A stretch of 64,000 nt of DNA from Chrysomallon squamiferum (GCA_012295275.1 CM022667.1:1364001-1428000), one strand, 5' to 3'. Positions 12,643 through 28,491 are shown, numbered from the stretch's first letter. Translations and numbers: made by a program. Notes: a model not told the origin generated them from the letters alone.

Positions 12643-14734
12643 CTGAAAAAAACAAAAACCAAAAATGACTATTAAAATATTATTATTCAGTTTTAAAGTG
12701 AACATTCATTAATAACTAAAAAAATAATAAATACAAACTATTTTCAGCTAAAATAAACTAATTAACTTCAGTGGTCCTAACCTCATATCAAGGTGTTTTC
12801 TATTTGTTTCATTTTTTAATTTTTTTAATTTTTTTTTAAAGTTAGAAAACATACATAAGTCTTGATGTTGAAAGATTTCTTCCTTTCAGTTTCAGTTACT
12901 AATTCAGTAGTAATTGGCTAATTTAAATAAATAATTTTGAAGAAAAAAAATGCTTAAAATTTTCAGTATGATCATGGTTGCCAAAATTACGAAGGATACA
13001 CATTTCTGAGAAGTCAAGTCTAATTCATTAAACCTCTTTCTACTGCTGAAATATTTCTGAACATGTTAAAACAGGGAAAAATTATTACCGACTCTAGGAT
13101 TATAAATAACAAAAAAAAAAAACTGTCCTTTTTGAACTGTGGTTATTATTAAACGAAAATCGTATGCAATAAAAATTTTAAAAATAAAAATATTCAGGAA
13201 AGACAACATACTGTGGGTGGATTCTGGAGTATGTATGTCCACAGGCTTAAAAACTAATTACCACGTTAAAAACCAAGACCTGCGGTTGTGTGATCCCTGC
13301 CAGTGCCAAGTCAGGGAAGCTCAACACTGTAAGGAAAATCACAGACACCAAATGCCAATGGCAGCCAACACACGCCTACAATGCATGTCTGACACACAGC
13401 TTCAAGTCAAAATGATGCATAACACCAACTTATTTTCAAATATTGATTTGTTTTCTTTAAAAATACAGTCTCAGCATCTGCATTCAGTGGGAATTTCTTT
13501 TTCTTTTTTTTGTCAACTCACCATAGGCATATCAATTATTTATTTAAACACTGCACATGTGTTGTTTTGTATGTGTGTGTATGTCTGTTTTGTGTTTGTA
13601 TGAAGGTTTATGCGTGCTGTATGCTTCATGTATTTATATGTGGATATGTGTCCGTCTGTATGTTCTGTGTTTATTTGTGTGTGCTGCATAATGTGTGTTT
13701 ATGTGTATACATTGCAATCATTTGCATGTTATATGGTTTGTGTGTATGTATGTGTGTGTGTGTGCAATCATGTGTTTATGTGGGTGTCTCTCATCCCCCC
13801 ACTGGCAAGCAAGAAAAGAACAAAATTCATGTTGAAGATGTCAGCCATCTTCCATTTCACGACTAGGAGAGTATATATATATACAGAAACAACCGTAATT
13901 ATCTTTAATATTAAAAATATGAAAGAACAACAACACTGATACTAAATGAAAGCAACAGTGTAATGCATTATGACTTGTGGATGACCAGAATTTTCTTTTC
14001 AAGTGACCTAATGTTGGATGACAAGGCATATTAATATGAAAGCTCAGTCCAGAGAGGCAGTCAGCCATGTTGTCTTCAATATCAATACATTTGACTAACA
14101 CTGGCATATGTACCACCCGGTAGTTGGTTAATCCATTGGTTACAAGCTAGACAACAAGCAAATACCATGCAGGTTTGAACATGAAGAACACACCTTTAAA
14201 ATCAATGTCATAACAGAAAGTGAACAGGTATAAACTGTATTCACACGAAGGTATCAGATACACCAGTGCACTGCTTTGGAACAAATTTAATATGCTTACA
14301 ATCACTGCTGGCTCAACGGAATATGAATACAAGTCTAAGAAATGAAAGCTATATATAATTTTTGGTTAAAAGATGAAAAAAAAAGAAAAAAAAAAGAAAA
14401 AAAAACATTTAAAAAAAATATTTTCTATCCTATTATATAAAAATATCGGTAATTTTTCAAACATTTTGAAACAAGCCAGCCTAGAAATGCAGATTCTTTT
14501 AAGCCAATTTATCAACAACAAAAAAATGAATTAGTAGAGAGAGGCAGTTTATCCAGCTGCCAGAAAGGATACAAATTTAATACCAATACTCCAGTGACCA
14601 TCTTGTTAACTTCAGCAGATATAACAACTAAAAATATATCACAGGAAATGATCAATTCTCAACCTCTGGCTTATTTTAGACACACTTAAGAAGCCCATAA
14701 AACTATGTTTGAGTCTTTCCTTAGTGGCTGCTTG

Positions 14735-14744
14735 CTAAAAATAG
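14735..14744 (+). promoter_or_regulatory. MEF2 consensus site
   Basis: TGCTAAAAATAGAA. Confidence 0.45.
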
Positions 14745-15083
14745 AAACCAGCCGTCACTGATGAGCTTCACAGCACCATATTTTAATTAGATCTCTTCTT
14801 CTGTTTCTTAGATCATTTTATAGCTTCAGTTTCCAATTTCTGTCTGCCAGTTTTTGCTGGAAACTTGTAATAACTATGTCACATGGCGTCTCATACTTAA
14901 AGATTTTGACAAAAATGCAGTAAACAGGTTAATTTCTGAGATGGACTTTTGTATTTTTCTTTTTATGGTGTATATAGATATATCAAAATATATCTGTATC
15001 TATATCTATATGTATAGGAATATTTAGAATGAAATGTTGTAAACAAAAATCAGTGGTTCAACTTTTTTAATTTTATTTATTTA

Positions 15084-15118
15084 TTTTGTTTTGTTTTGTT
15101 TTGTTTTGTTTTGTTTTG

Positions 15119-15148
<30 letters not shown>
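15084..15148. repeat. (TTTTG)n pentanucleotide repeat
   Basis: About 12 units read directly. Confidence 0.93.
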
Positions 15149-15149
<1 letters not shown>

Positions 15150-16990
15150 TTTATTTATAAATTATTTTAAATAGATTCATGCCATCAGCAAAGTATGGAC
15201 ATCTGAATTAATCTAAAACAATAAAAAAAATAATAAAAAAAATATATAATAATAACAATAAATTAAATACACATTGAATGGAGGGCTGTGTAAAATTATC
15301 ATCATGTACTGGTTGACTATTAAAGATAATGATTAGAATGACACCAATGAACAGATTGCTAATTACATTTTTATTAACGTGTGTTTTCTTTGTTTTTCTT
15401 TCTCATTTTTTTTTAATTTACTTTTTAATCTAAATTTATTTTAATATATCTAAACTAATTCAACTCGTTTCTTTGAAATATTTTAACTAATTAACACATC
15501 TGCAAGTTAGAACTTAAAATAAATTCACATGTGTAATCTGACAATTTCATTTTGCATCCATTTAATTAGACTTTCTTTAATTTTTAAATTGTATAATCAT
15601 CATTTTTGAAAAATGAATTTTTTTTCTTCGTGGTTTTATCGCAGTTCTTTTTTTCTTTTCTTCTTTTTTCTTTTAAAATGGCATTTTTATGTTTTGGCAT
15701 TTTACCATACCAGTCTTTTTCCTTCCTTATATTTGTTTTTGTTTTTTTACTTCTTGTGTTTTTACAAAGATTAAATATCTGTAATATGAAAAAAATAACA
15801 CCAAGTGACCAACTGACAAAACTGTAATTACAAATTAGTTTTACCTTAGTATCATTCAATTTTTTTTTTAATTATTATAATTTATATTAACAGATATTTA
15901 CATTATACTTCTAATGACATGAAGAAATAATCTAAATATATTAACCATACTTCAAGGTTTTTTTGCTGTTTTTTTTTTCTGGTTTCTAATCTTAATAATG
16001 AAGACCATCAAACAAAATATACAGTTTAAAAATTATGTTATGACAACCAATTTTCTGTAGTTGTGATATCATTGCTCATAGACCACACTGGTTTGCTTTT
16101 GATGAGTTTTAAGTTTCTACTGTTATCAAAAATAAATAAACAAAAATACAGTACCTGTCCACCATGCACTCACTGACATCACAAGTACAGTTGATAAATG
16201 GCAGCTTTCAAATATTATATTATATTATATTATATTTATCATAACACTTTGTTATGGCTGATAATACATAATTCAAAACTGTAAAATTATAACTTGGAAA
16301 TATAAAGAATTTTATCAGAATATTTATTAATCTGCCACATTCTAAAGAAAAAAGCTGGATGATGGTCTTTTTATATAAAAAAGAAATAAAATAAAATTTA
16401 AAAAAGTGGAGTGATGAATTTGAATGATAGTAGCTTAGATAGTTTTACATACCATCACCAAATATAATATGAAAAAACTAAATATATCTTGAAATATTCG
16501 GTTATTATATATTTATAACAGGGTAATTTTGTTATGCTATGCTCATTTACCCTGACCCAAGTTAATAAAACAAAGGCTGATGGTAATCTTTCACAACTGT
16601 GAAATCAGCTTTACTATACATGCCAATCAGTAACCAGAATCTATTAATTAGCATAACGAAAGGCGTATAATGTGTCATGTTGTATATCGAATAATATTAA
16701 ATATTAGTACTGATAAACTCTGATGCAGGTATACATCCACATTAATTTACATTAACCTTTGGTAGAGATGAAAACAAATGTATATTGAAGTTCCTCTACC
16801 CTCACCCAATACATCAACAACAGGTATTCTCTGACTTGTATTAAAGTGGATCACTGTCAGGAACTTTATATAAGTCATAACATACACAAGTTTGAGTGTA
16901 ACTTGTATGCTACTAGTGTGTCACAAAGTTGTATCAGTACAGGAACCAAAGGAATCAGTATGGATCTTCATAAACACAATCTGAGTAAGG

Positions 16991-17029
<39 letters not shown>

Positions 17030-17660
17030 ATGTGCATTCTTTCAGTAGAATCATCAAAAATAAAATAAAATGAAATATCAGTGAAGTGATGGAAATTAAT
17101 ATTCACTATAATGAGAAAACAAACTGATGGCAAGGTAAAAATATTAGGATCAATATTAGAACATATACATCCCTACCCTACATTACACACACCAGACAGA
17201 CAGACACCAACTGATGCAGACATTGAATTAAGTACACACAGGGCAGATGCACTTGATGTATCACGACAAGCCTGGAAATGTTTCTGAAACTAATGCAATT
17301 TGAAATCTAACAATTAACTTAGCTATTTTCGGTTTTAAACTGCATTACCGTTGGAAATTTAAAAAAGAATGCCTGACCTATATGTATCTGTTAAAACAGC
17401 AGATGTCTTCTGTACACAATTATCCTCAGTTTCAAATAATTATACATATATATATTTTTTTTTAATCATCTGCATCACCATCAGAATGACATTCCTAATT
17501 TTCTTGGAGATTCATCAGTGTCATTTTCGACATGTACATGCATGTAGCCAACATGCCAGTGAGAACATTAAACTGAACTCAGTTTCCTTACTTTCTACAA
17601 CTGAGCTATACAGCATCAGCCTCACTGTGTTTGTATGCAGCTAAATTTATGCTTGCACGG

Positions 17661-17670
17661 CTAAAAATAG
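17661..17670 (+). promoter_or_regulatory. MEF2 consensus site
   Basis: CGGCTAAAAATAGT. Confidence 0.45.
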
Positions 17671-20600
17671 TCGCAAGCTATCATTTCAAAGTGACTGTTG
17701 TGCATGTTACATCTCTCGCCTAGGAGGTCAATCAAATATAGAGTGCACAACGGTTAGCTGCAGTAGATGGGTAAGGTGTATGGCTAATCATAATACAAGC
17801 CGCACAATATAAATAGCTTAGAGAACCATGCACGCACGCACACACACACACACACTCACACATTCACACTCACACACACACACACACACACAAACACACA
17901 AACACACACACAAATATACACACTCACAGTGGCACAGAGAGAAACTTGTGTTTAATACAGATTCGTGTATTTGAAATTACTGAAGATGTATGCCCAAGCA
18001 AAATCCACTGGAATATTAAAAACAAACAAAAATTTGATAAATACATAAAATAATATCTGACATTATCTTTTCCAGGTTTTTTTTTTCCTTTTTTCAAAAA
18101 ACTTCTTCTTTCTTCAGATTTTTACCAAAAAAGAGTTTGTAGTTAAGAAATGTTATCAAGAACATTATTCAATTTTTTTTTTTTTTTTTTTCTCTCATGG
18201 AAATAAAGATAAGGAGTAAAGTATCAAAAACAAATGTTCTTGATGAAAAAAAAAAGATAGGTGTTTAATATATCAAAGTTGGAAGACTTTTACTAATAGC
18301 GTAAAACTACAAGAAAACAAAACGAAACAAGCCCACGCAACATTTAGAAGTACTGTTAGATACTTATAGCCAACAACAGGCCAAATGTTTACATATGTCA
18401 TATGAAATGTTTGTTTTGGCACTGACTGGAAACGACTAGGGTCTTTATCTGGTCACACTATTTCTCCAGTATAAACACAGCAGAAGATAACATCCTGCAC
18501 TTTTAGTGACACTACCATTTTATAGTATCTATTGAAATACAAAATACCAAATAAAACTCTCTTTAGAAGCACTTATAGGTTATTATTGTGAAAAGCTCTT
18601 AAAAATTCTTAATCGGTCACTTTCATTTATTTTTTATTTATTTATTTATTTTAAGAGATTCAGATGAATACATCCAGTTTAAACTGGTATGAATTAATAT
18701 TTCTCACCTCAGATCAGTAGTTTAGTAAACATGAAATTCTACAATTTGAATTCTTGCTCAAAGATCCTGATCTCAAATTCAAGGTCACACATCCATGTCA
18801 AGGTCATTCATATTTAAAACAATTCTTGATGAAAAATATTAACATATCTGGAATCCTAGATCAATTCCCTTTCAAAAAAATATGAAGTATGTTCTATTTG
18901 CTCCATACTTTGCCGAGAAACATGAGCCTAAATGTAAGTCCAGTTACTGCCCAAAAATCGAAATTTGCAAATGTGGCATTTCCAAACAACTGATCTGATA
19001 CAAGAAATATTAAGCATTTCATTTTTATCCCATCCATAATCAACAATGAGTTATAGCCAAGCCAAGGGTATAGGTTAATATTTTAAAACAGAATGACAAT
19101 AATAAAATTCTTTATATTTCCAAGTTACTAAATTCTTGTTTAAATAACAATGAAATAATGATGTCAACGTTTTTCGTACCAGGTTAATAATCCATGTTGA
19201 TATAAAACTGAAAACTTTATGAAGTATGGTTTATTTTCTGAAGCTTTCATGAAACAAAAAAGCTAGCTACATAAAGGAATGTGCAAAAGTATTTTGCATA
19301 AAAATAGTTTCTATACCTACACATCAGTTTTTAGTAAAATTGACTATTTTCATTCCACTGTGTGTATAAAATACACACAGACAGACCATTTACTTCCTCT
19401 TCCTCTTCATGATGTACAGACATATATTGATTGAATGGATACTGTTAGGAGGTTGGACCGCATACATTTTAATCAGTGCTTTTGAGATGTTATACTTCAA
19501 TATATTTAATGATAAATGCATTTAATTATACCCTGTTTTTATAAATTGTTATATCTTGAAACCAAATTTCAGACACAACAATCACTGTTAATGAAATTAA
19601 ATTTCAAATGACATTGCTCTGATAAAGCATGCCATTAAAATAAACATTCAAAAGCCTTTCGTGAAGGCTCCAAAGAGTATTTATGAATAATATTTTTATG
19701 TTAACAGAGTAAGTTCTAACACAGATTCTATTTTAGTCAGAGATAAAGTTTTGAATTTTGTTTGTTGTTGTTGTTGGGTTTTTTTTCAAATACTGAGAAG
19801 AAAAAAGAAATAAATGAAGTGTTTCATTACTAATAAAAACATTTTTTTTTATGTTTCAAATGAGATAATCATGGTAATCATATCACTGACCAGTGCTAAC
19901 AAAGGTATACAGACTCAAGGGCCTTGTTCATTATCCAACAGTTAACAGGATCTGAACCAATCTTAAAGTAATGACGATTGCAAAAAAAAAAGAAACCTGA
20001 AAAGGCACAGATGAATGACATCTAAAATGATTAAAAATCTGATTCTTAACTCTACAATTAATGTATATACACTATTCAAACAGGACAACACCCCAGATAC
20101 ATAAGCCTAGACTATGGTAATTCAACTCTTGGTATCTGTTGATGCCTTCATGCCTAATAATATTGCTAGCTCATCTAGATACACTCAACCACTAGGACGC
20201 AACCCCTTCCCATAAATCAATATTTTGCAAGTCGAAGCTTATATGGACTGAACATTGAACACCTTGCTTCATTCTTTTGGCTCAATAACCCTGCAAGCCT
20301 GTCCGATTTCACAGAGACAAGTAGAAATTGCAAAGTCTGGCTTTATCAATTATCAACAGGCAATTTTGTTACACGAATTACACTGGCTGATTCGATAAAA
20401 ACAAAAGTACATCTTTGAATTTTTTTTTTTTTTTTTTTTAAACAGCTCCTTTTTTTTTAAAACTATTTTCTAAAAAGGTTTAAAATAAATTAAACAACAA
20501 AAAAAAAATTCTCATAAACCTGCCAGTAACGGTTTAAAAAGACATTTTTTTTAATTTACCATGCTGGTAATAATTTTAGTGGGATAAATTTTAGTTTCTT

Positions 20601-20728
20601 TTGAAAGGTTATATACTTTACTCTGTTAAAGAAAAAATTATGTAAATGGTGCCAAGTAAAAAAAAAAAAAAGAAAAAAGAAATGATGAACATGTCTGTCA
20701 CTGTGTCATAATGATTTTTTTCACACAC

Positions 20729-20767
<39 letters not shown>

Positions 20768-21225
20768 CATTGTGCATATGAATTTGTAAGTCATTAAATG
20801 CAGTTTTGTTGTTGTTTCTTTTATCTTTATTACAATAATAAAAAAAAATGGTATGGTATTTCTTATTTTTTTTTTTTTAAATAAACTGTTTAAAAATACT
20901 GTAGAAATAGTGACTCTATTATATGCAAAAACAATAAATGCCAGGTAAAAGATAAAACACAGCTGTGAAGGTATAAGATAATTATAAATCGTTTATAACG
21001 GGAATTTTTGTTGTGGTTTTTTTTTCTTGTTTTGTTTATGTAAAATACCTCAGCATGAATGTATGTAACGCTTTTAAAGTGTAATTAGTAAGATTTCTAC
21101 GTGAAATATGTGTATGGCAGATCCAAAAAATGCATCAAGTTTTTCTTCTTTTCCTTTTTCAACCCCAGAAAACATTCACGTTTTAACAAGAGTAAAAGAT
21201 CATTAATCCACAATGTTATACTCAC

Positions 21226-21345
21226 CTCTGGGTAATCAAAATCTGGTGTACTTGCTATGTCTTGTATATAGTCCACTCTGTATTGGTTGTCTGGGTTTTG
21301 TAGTTGTACTGGGGGGTTCAGTGTGCTCATAGCACCGGTAATTGT
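21226..21345 (-). CDS. GNAS: G alpha-s coding exon 4 (120 nt; equivalent to human exon 5)
   Basis: Acceptor TTTTTCCAG|, translation [40 protein letters not shown] (helical domain), donor GAG|GTGAGT. It lies inside ORF 21097..21363. Confidence 0.96.
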
Positions 21346-24300
21346 CTGGAAAAATAAAAGCAAATGTCAACTGTATTCAACAATACAAAAACAATAATAA
21401 AAGTTTTATTATTCCATAAAAAAAAAAAAATATATGTATGTGTATATATATATATATATATAAATTCGCTTCAAAGACATGCATCTCTGAAAAGCACCTA
21501 TTAAAAATTTCATGTTAATGCTGTGAGTGTTAATAAAGATTCTATTTTAAACACAGATAAAATGTAGCAAATATTTTTAAAACTAAAAAAAACATATTTT
21601 TCTTCTTTTTCGCAAGGGCTGAAGAATGGAAGAAAATTAAAAATTAAAAGTATTTATATGTTTATATAAGTAATGATTAAATTATTTACAGCAATAAAAC
21701 TACACTTTATACAGATTACATCTTTTTGAAAAATAAAACCACTTAATTTTAAATAACTTAATTTTTTTTTTTAAATTCATTGAATATACAAAATATTTAC
21801 ATTTTCTATTTTTTAAATAAAACAAATATATACACAATTTAAGTTTTTTATTATTTAAACCCATGTAAAATTTAAATTTTCTAATTTCTTTTAAATAAAA
21901 CAAATATATACACAATTTTAATTATTATTTAAATATAATGAGCACACATGTAATTTTTTCTTTCTTTTTAAAAGACACGACTATACATAAACAAATTTCT
22001 GATTTCGAGTACCTTTTTTCTTTTTTCAAATGCAAAACGTGGAAATACAACAAACTTATCTAGTTGTCAGGCAATAAAACAATCCCAGCATATTAAAAAC
22101 ATTTGTAACTTCAGTATCTATGGATTTAGACATGCTATCTTTATTATGTTCAAAAAAATACTGTGAGCCAAAGATAATTTGAAACTACATCCCCTGCTTA
22201 TTAGAGCAGTATTTTATCTTTGCTGTAGCTTATGGCTAAAAAACAAAAAAAATATTAAAAAAATTTCCAATAATGTACAGTTTTCTAAATGCATCATTAA
22301 AGTTGTTGATGTCCTTCTGCAAACCAAATAAAACATACTAGACTGTCATGGTTTGTGTGTGTCATGTGATATGTCACAACATCAGTACACAACATTATGG
22401 TTCAGACAAAATGGTGCTTTCAGCAATCAATACTTTTTAAGGTTACATTACTGCCAGGTGCTTAATAAAAGATCTTAACTGAAGTAATTCTGAACTTGTT
22501 GTTATTTCACTGTACTGAAAACAGAATGAATGAATAAATAAATAAATAAATAATTAAATTAAGAATTAATTTAAGAAATAAATTAATAAATAAATAAGTA
22601 AGTAAAATAACTGAAATGATTTATAAAAATCTGAACAAATCAGAAATGCTGAGAGAAAAAGACCAGGAAGCTACTAACAACAACAGTGTTTGGTTACAGA
22701 TGAAAAACAAGAGACAAATAAATTCTACCATTTACAGATAAGAAATCCAGATACAGAGTACAAAGGATATTTGAGCAAACCAACACTAAAAATACTGTGT
22801 TCTTTATTTTTTTTTTTTTTTTTTTCTTCAAAAAATATAAATAAATGCTCCCTGTAAATATAAACGAACATGTATTTAAAGTCATTCATGGAACATAAAC
22901 AGTTTCTACACAATAATGAAACTTCTATCCACCTGAAATGATCTACATTCTTCAAATTGGCAGATGGGAACAATTCAAGAATCTGCAGGCCCCCAACATA
23001 AATTATCAGCCCCTGACACTTTACTCAGGAATAATTTTATTTGCAACCTAAATGCTATTCAGTTAGCTGCATTCTGTTAAGTCTGCCAAGTTCTTCTGCA
23101 CTCACACAGGCACAACAAATGGTAGAATGCATGTGTACATTCTGCTTGGTTGGTATTAATTGTGTAATGCTGTTGACTTTCCTAACATTTTCTTCAACAA
23201 CTGGTCGCCATGGTGAATCTTATAAACAGTGTTTCCATACAAACTAGTTTAGTACGCACAGTTCAAAGAGAAATTAACTTGTTAGATTTGTCCAAAACCA
23301 TTGTGCATTTCTGCCATTCTCGACAGTGTAGCTGATATGGATTCAGATTATCATTTACAACTGGAACAAATTACAGAAAGATAGAAATGATAATTCACAG
23401 GCATGTTTTAGAGGAGGACAAGATATCCTTTTTATCAGCACAAGTTTTTAATGGCCTTTTTTTCTTTCTTTCTTTTATTTCTCAAGTATCAGAATGGATT
23501 TCAAGGCCCAGTTTTAAATATCATTTGGAACATTAAATGAATAAAGTAAGATAAATATCAAAAGAGAGGTGCTAGGACAATATCATTTCTGCAGCTTTAC
23601 TTGAGAAGCAACTCTGTCACACAATCTGTTTAATATACATATTGTTGGGTTGTTTTGTGTGTGTGTTTTTTGTTGTTGATTTTTTTATTGTTGTTTTGTA
23701 ATATTTATAGTTTAAAACTAAACATTACACTCTGTTATAAGTATTTTGCTGGTTTCAAGCTTAGGCTTGATGTCTAGACTTAAAAAGAAAGTTATTAACA
23801 CTATGGCTATTACAAGTATTCCAGCTTAAAATCCTTAAATAAGAACAAAATATTCTGTAATATACATTTTCCTGATGTTATAACAGGTTTAATGTTTAGA
23901 AGAAGAAACCCATTTTAATATAAATCACTATTCTAAATATTCTATTGGTATTATAGCTTTTACCTTTGCATTTAGATATCAAAATCTGAAGAAACAACAA
24001 AAAAAAAGATCCAAAACAAATCTATTATAATATTTTGCTACTTTTACAACTTAAAATGACGTTGAGATAAAAGACCATTTTTATTACATATTTATATATA
24101 CTGGTGTTGCAGCTTAGGTTTAATATTTTTACATGATCAAATTAAATATCAAACATTATAAATCAGGTAAAAAAAAAAAAAGAAGAAAGAAAGAAAGATT
24201 TACAATGTGTACTGCAAATGCAATCTGAAAGGTTCATTCGGCTAACATTTTAGCTTTTCTGTTTCAACAAAACACTAAAAAATATCATCATAAACTTACT

Positions 24301-25126
24301 TTTATCTATATGAAAGGCTAAAGTAGCTTCAGACTGGATTTTTATGTTCATTAGTAGACAGTCTGAGCCATCAGTGCACTCTTTTCCTATCTCAGTCTGC
24401 CCAGACATGGAAACTGCATTTTGCAGTTTTCAAATTAAATGATGCATAAACTGTCAAGGAGTGTAAGACAAATGAAGCATAAATAAAACTATTTTCTCTT
24501 AATTACTGTATAACAAAATAATAACTGGTAAATAACAAAAGGTGAACCATGTTAATAGTAATTGCGTTATTGACACAAGGTTTATGATTGCTTCAGTAAA
24601 GCCTACTGTCTGCAATTCATATTTTCCTTTTACTTACTTAATACCAGGAAAGGATGGCCACACAAACACAAACACAAACATACACAGACACAGTCATACA
24701 TAAATGTAAGAAATGATTGAATACAAAATTAACCATATCTCCCTCATAATGTGTTTGATTAAAAGACCTGAGACAGTGAAAAAACAAAATAAAAATAAAA
24801 TACAATACAGACAGCTAAACAGGCAGGTAGGTAGGCAGGTAGGCAGGCAGAAACATACAAATATGTATGAAGATGTATTTATATTCAACACCTTATTAGC
24901 TTAGATAGTAACAATCAATGTGTAGTGCATTTTTCATACCTAAATATAGAGAAAACTAATTGCAATAAACAACTTGAAAACCAATTCACATCCGTATCCA
25001 TTAAAATGAAAATAGGGATCTCTAACATCTACAGCCCTCTTAAATATGAGTTAAAAAATCCCAGCAAACAGCACAGCCTTGATACCATCACAGTTTTGAT
25101 TTCACTGATCTTGTATTTGGTTTAAT

Positions 25127-25170
<44 letters not shown>

Positions 25171-25828
25171 AACCTATTTAAAAAGCTTGAATGAAATTGT
25201 TATTGTAAACAAAAATAAATTAAAAATAAACATTTTTATTAGATGGTTTTTTTTTTAGTGGTTAAAATGGGACATAGTCAATCCTGTGGCAACAAGGCAT
25301 TTCATTGCTTAATACATGTCTATCTTACACTATGAAAACATGTACCAAAATTTACATATCTGAATTGTTCCAAGTTCTTAAAAATATATGAAGTGAGGCA
25401 AAAGAATGGGAAAAAAAAAAGAGACAATATTATAAGAGTATTTTTTTATGTGTTTGTAGCAGCCATTCATGAAACACACACAGAAAAAAAATATTCTAAG
25501 TTATGACCTTTCTTTAAAAAAGAAAAGAAAAATGTTTTAAAAATCAACGTCTGCAGAACAATGTATTTGTTGACTAGTTTAATCTGATTTCACATTATCA
25601 GTTCTATATTTATAACCATTACTTTAAAAAAAAAAGGGTTTTCTATTTCTAAAGAAGTAAAAAAAAACCAACAGGAAAAAAAACAAAACAACGTAGAAGT
25701 CTACAATAAAAAAAAGAAGTATTATAATGGCAGTAGCAACATTTATTATCAGAACAGCATTAAAAACGGCAACATGCTAAACTGTTTATAAATGTATGTT
25801 CTATTTTTCATTTCCCTTGGCGCTGCGG

Positions 25829-25838
25829 CTAAAAATAG
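25829..25838 (+). promoter_or_regulatory. MEF2 consensus site
   Basis: CGGCTAAAAATAGCT, followed by an E-box CACCTG. Confidence 0.5.
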
Positions 25839-28120
25839 CTATCACCTGTTGTTTCAGTGACAGTACTTGAACTCAACACTTACAATCATTGGCGTATATA
25901 CTTGCAGTGGCCCACAAGCCCCAGTTGGCACACATTGCAGAATCACAAAAAAAGAAAAAAAAAAAAAAAAAAGAAGAAAAAAGAGAAAAAAAGAAAAGAA
26001 AAATTCAACATGTCTGAGTTAGTTTACAAGGTAGATGTTCAGCCTATTGCTTTTAAGATGTATTCACCTTTCCACCTTTGGACAGTGACATAGTATGCTG
26101 TACCAGCTTTTATGTGAACGTGCTTTTACAATGAAAATGTTATTGATTGATTGGCCAAATGGTCATGGCATTCACCTTTCACTTGTCATCATACAGATAA
26201 CCTTTCAAAAAAAATAAAAATGAAAATAAATGGCATAAACAATCACAAGACATGCGAAACCCAACATTAAATCTCCATCTTAACCTTTAGCCCTATTGTT
26301 CTTTTTAAACCCTACTCTAAACAGCAGCATTAAGGCCCAAGCCCACAAACTCCACCCCATAAAACCAATTGCTTTTTTCTGAATCCTCTTCTGACTTTGG
26401 TCTCAAAGCTTGAAAAGCTTTGTTTGTTGGAACAGGAGATGTCGGATAAACCAAGAGTAACCCAGGAAGTATCCTGGAGCTTCTATTTCCGTGTATTAAA
26501 ACCTTGTCAGCTTTTAAACACAGTTTCAAAACCAACACCAACTTTTTGTTTTCTGAGCCATCATTCAGTAAAATGTTCAAGACATGTTCATAACTTCATT
26601 CTTGTAAAAAGCTATAAAATTTAATATGTGAAGAAAAGTATTTTTAGTTTGTTATTATATAAGAACATTTTTTTTATTATTTCCTTTGCTGTAATTTTTA
26701 TTGTTTACATCAAAACCAGATTTAGTTAGCAAAATTCAACAACCTAGTCATAAAGCTCATTTAAAGTATAAGCATTCGCGAGAAAAATCAAAATCAAAAT
26801 CAAAATCAAAGATGACCCTAAATACACATTTGATTTTCACTTATGGATTGAAATTATTCTATAATTCAGATTATGCTGAAGGAAAATCGCTGTGGTGTAT
26901 TTGTTATATGTGGATTTTTAAACAATTAATAAATGTTTGTTTCATTTCATGTATAACGGGCTAATTCACACAGGGTTACCTGTGAATGTGTGTACGCACA
27001 TGGTAATTAAATGTGTTTGGGGCACAATGCCAATTCTTCACTGTTACATGTTCACCCTGGCTACCACTCGCTTGTTTATATGATAATTCGATAATGTGTT
27101 AACAAGAATAACTGGTATGGTTAAGTGTAAATTAAGAGTGCAAGCAAAACAGAGAAACAATGCCATAGTGTACACATATTAAATAACGAGATATCAAATC
27201 ATAAAAAAAAAATGTACACACACTGCATCCAAACAACACCTGCATTGTTATCTTCTTAATGTTTGACATGCTGAATTTACCAGTACTTTCACAGTCGTAA
27301 ATAAAGTATTTGTTAAAAAATGAAAAACGACACTAGTTTGGCCGTAAACGGTTTTAGTACACATGTAAACTGGGTGTAGAAAAACAAATACAGTCCAACA
27401 GTTTTCTCACTCCATGATTACAGGCTCCCTGCTGCAAAATAAATCAATAGGGAGTGTCTCAAAAGTTTCTCAACACCAACATATTATTTACTGTAAATAC
27501 CAAATTTAAATAAATTTCTGAAAACCATTATTCTTCAATAACATTTTCACACAAACTAATGAATCTAGAAATATTTAAAATTGTTTAAAATATCTTTATG
27601 TATGTATGTAGGTATGTGTCTCTTTACTACCAAGGATAATACAGAACATTTCTATAAATTTTTATTTAAACATCAATGTTCTATTTATAAAAAAAAAAAA
27701 ACTAAAAAAAATAAGAAAAAAGAATTAATAACATCAATAATGTAAAATTATAAACAAAAAATTGAATACAGTAATGAAAAATGCTAGTGTCACTATAAAT
27801 ATTTGTTTTTAATTAAAAACAGGAATAAAACGGTAAAATATATTCGGCTGTACGTCTGTGTGTAAACAAAGTGAAAGAGAATTTCAGTTAATTTCTGTTA
27901 ATACAAACTCAGCGATCTGATAAATCAGACATAACCTGACATCTGAAGCAGAAAATAATTTGCTCACATGTTTTTCTAAGTTGGGTAAAAGCATTTCAGC
28001 TGAATTTTATTTCACCTTTATTTATTCTGCTGTATAAATTGTTAAAAAGGCAGAGAAAATTATCATGACTGCTAAATTCATTATTATCAATCCCTTCTTA
28101 TTTCCCACCAACCCCACCCC

Positions 28121-28155
<35 letters not shown>

Positions 28156-28481
28156 GCAGGCAATCCACACCAATTTTAATTCCTACTAACAGCACATCCA
28201 CCACCATCAAAACACGACCCAGAAATTTCCCCCCCAAAAAAACAAAAACAATACTTCTTTTTAAAACAGACACAACAGAATTAAACAAAATTTCACAGGT
28301 CTTGACGAGAAAGTACAAACGAGAAAAAAGACAAGATTATAGTTATTATTACTGCGGCATTAGGAAGCCCCCTACAATCAGTCACACAACATTCCGACAT
28401 ACACGGCCATGAATATGTGCAAGAAGCAAACGATCATTACACAACAGGATCAATATTTCATTCACATAAATTACAGACAGG

Positions 28482-28491
28482 CTAAAAATAG
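28482..28491 (+). promoter_or_regulatory. MEF2 consensus site
   Basis: AGGCTAAAAATAGCA. Confidence 0.45.

Noticed and set aside
13139-13603. 154-aa plus-strand ORF in GNAS intron 4
   Set aside because: It has a GTG start, runs from AT-rich sequence into a TG repeat, and shows no recognisable domain or splice structure.
26317-26624. 87-aa minus and 75-aa plus ORFs in GNAS intron 3
   Set aside because: They have non-ATG starts, no family motif, and no acceptor placing them in frame with exon 3.
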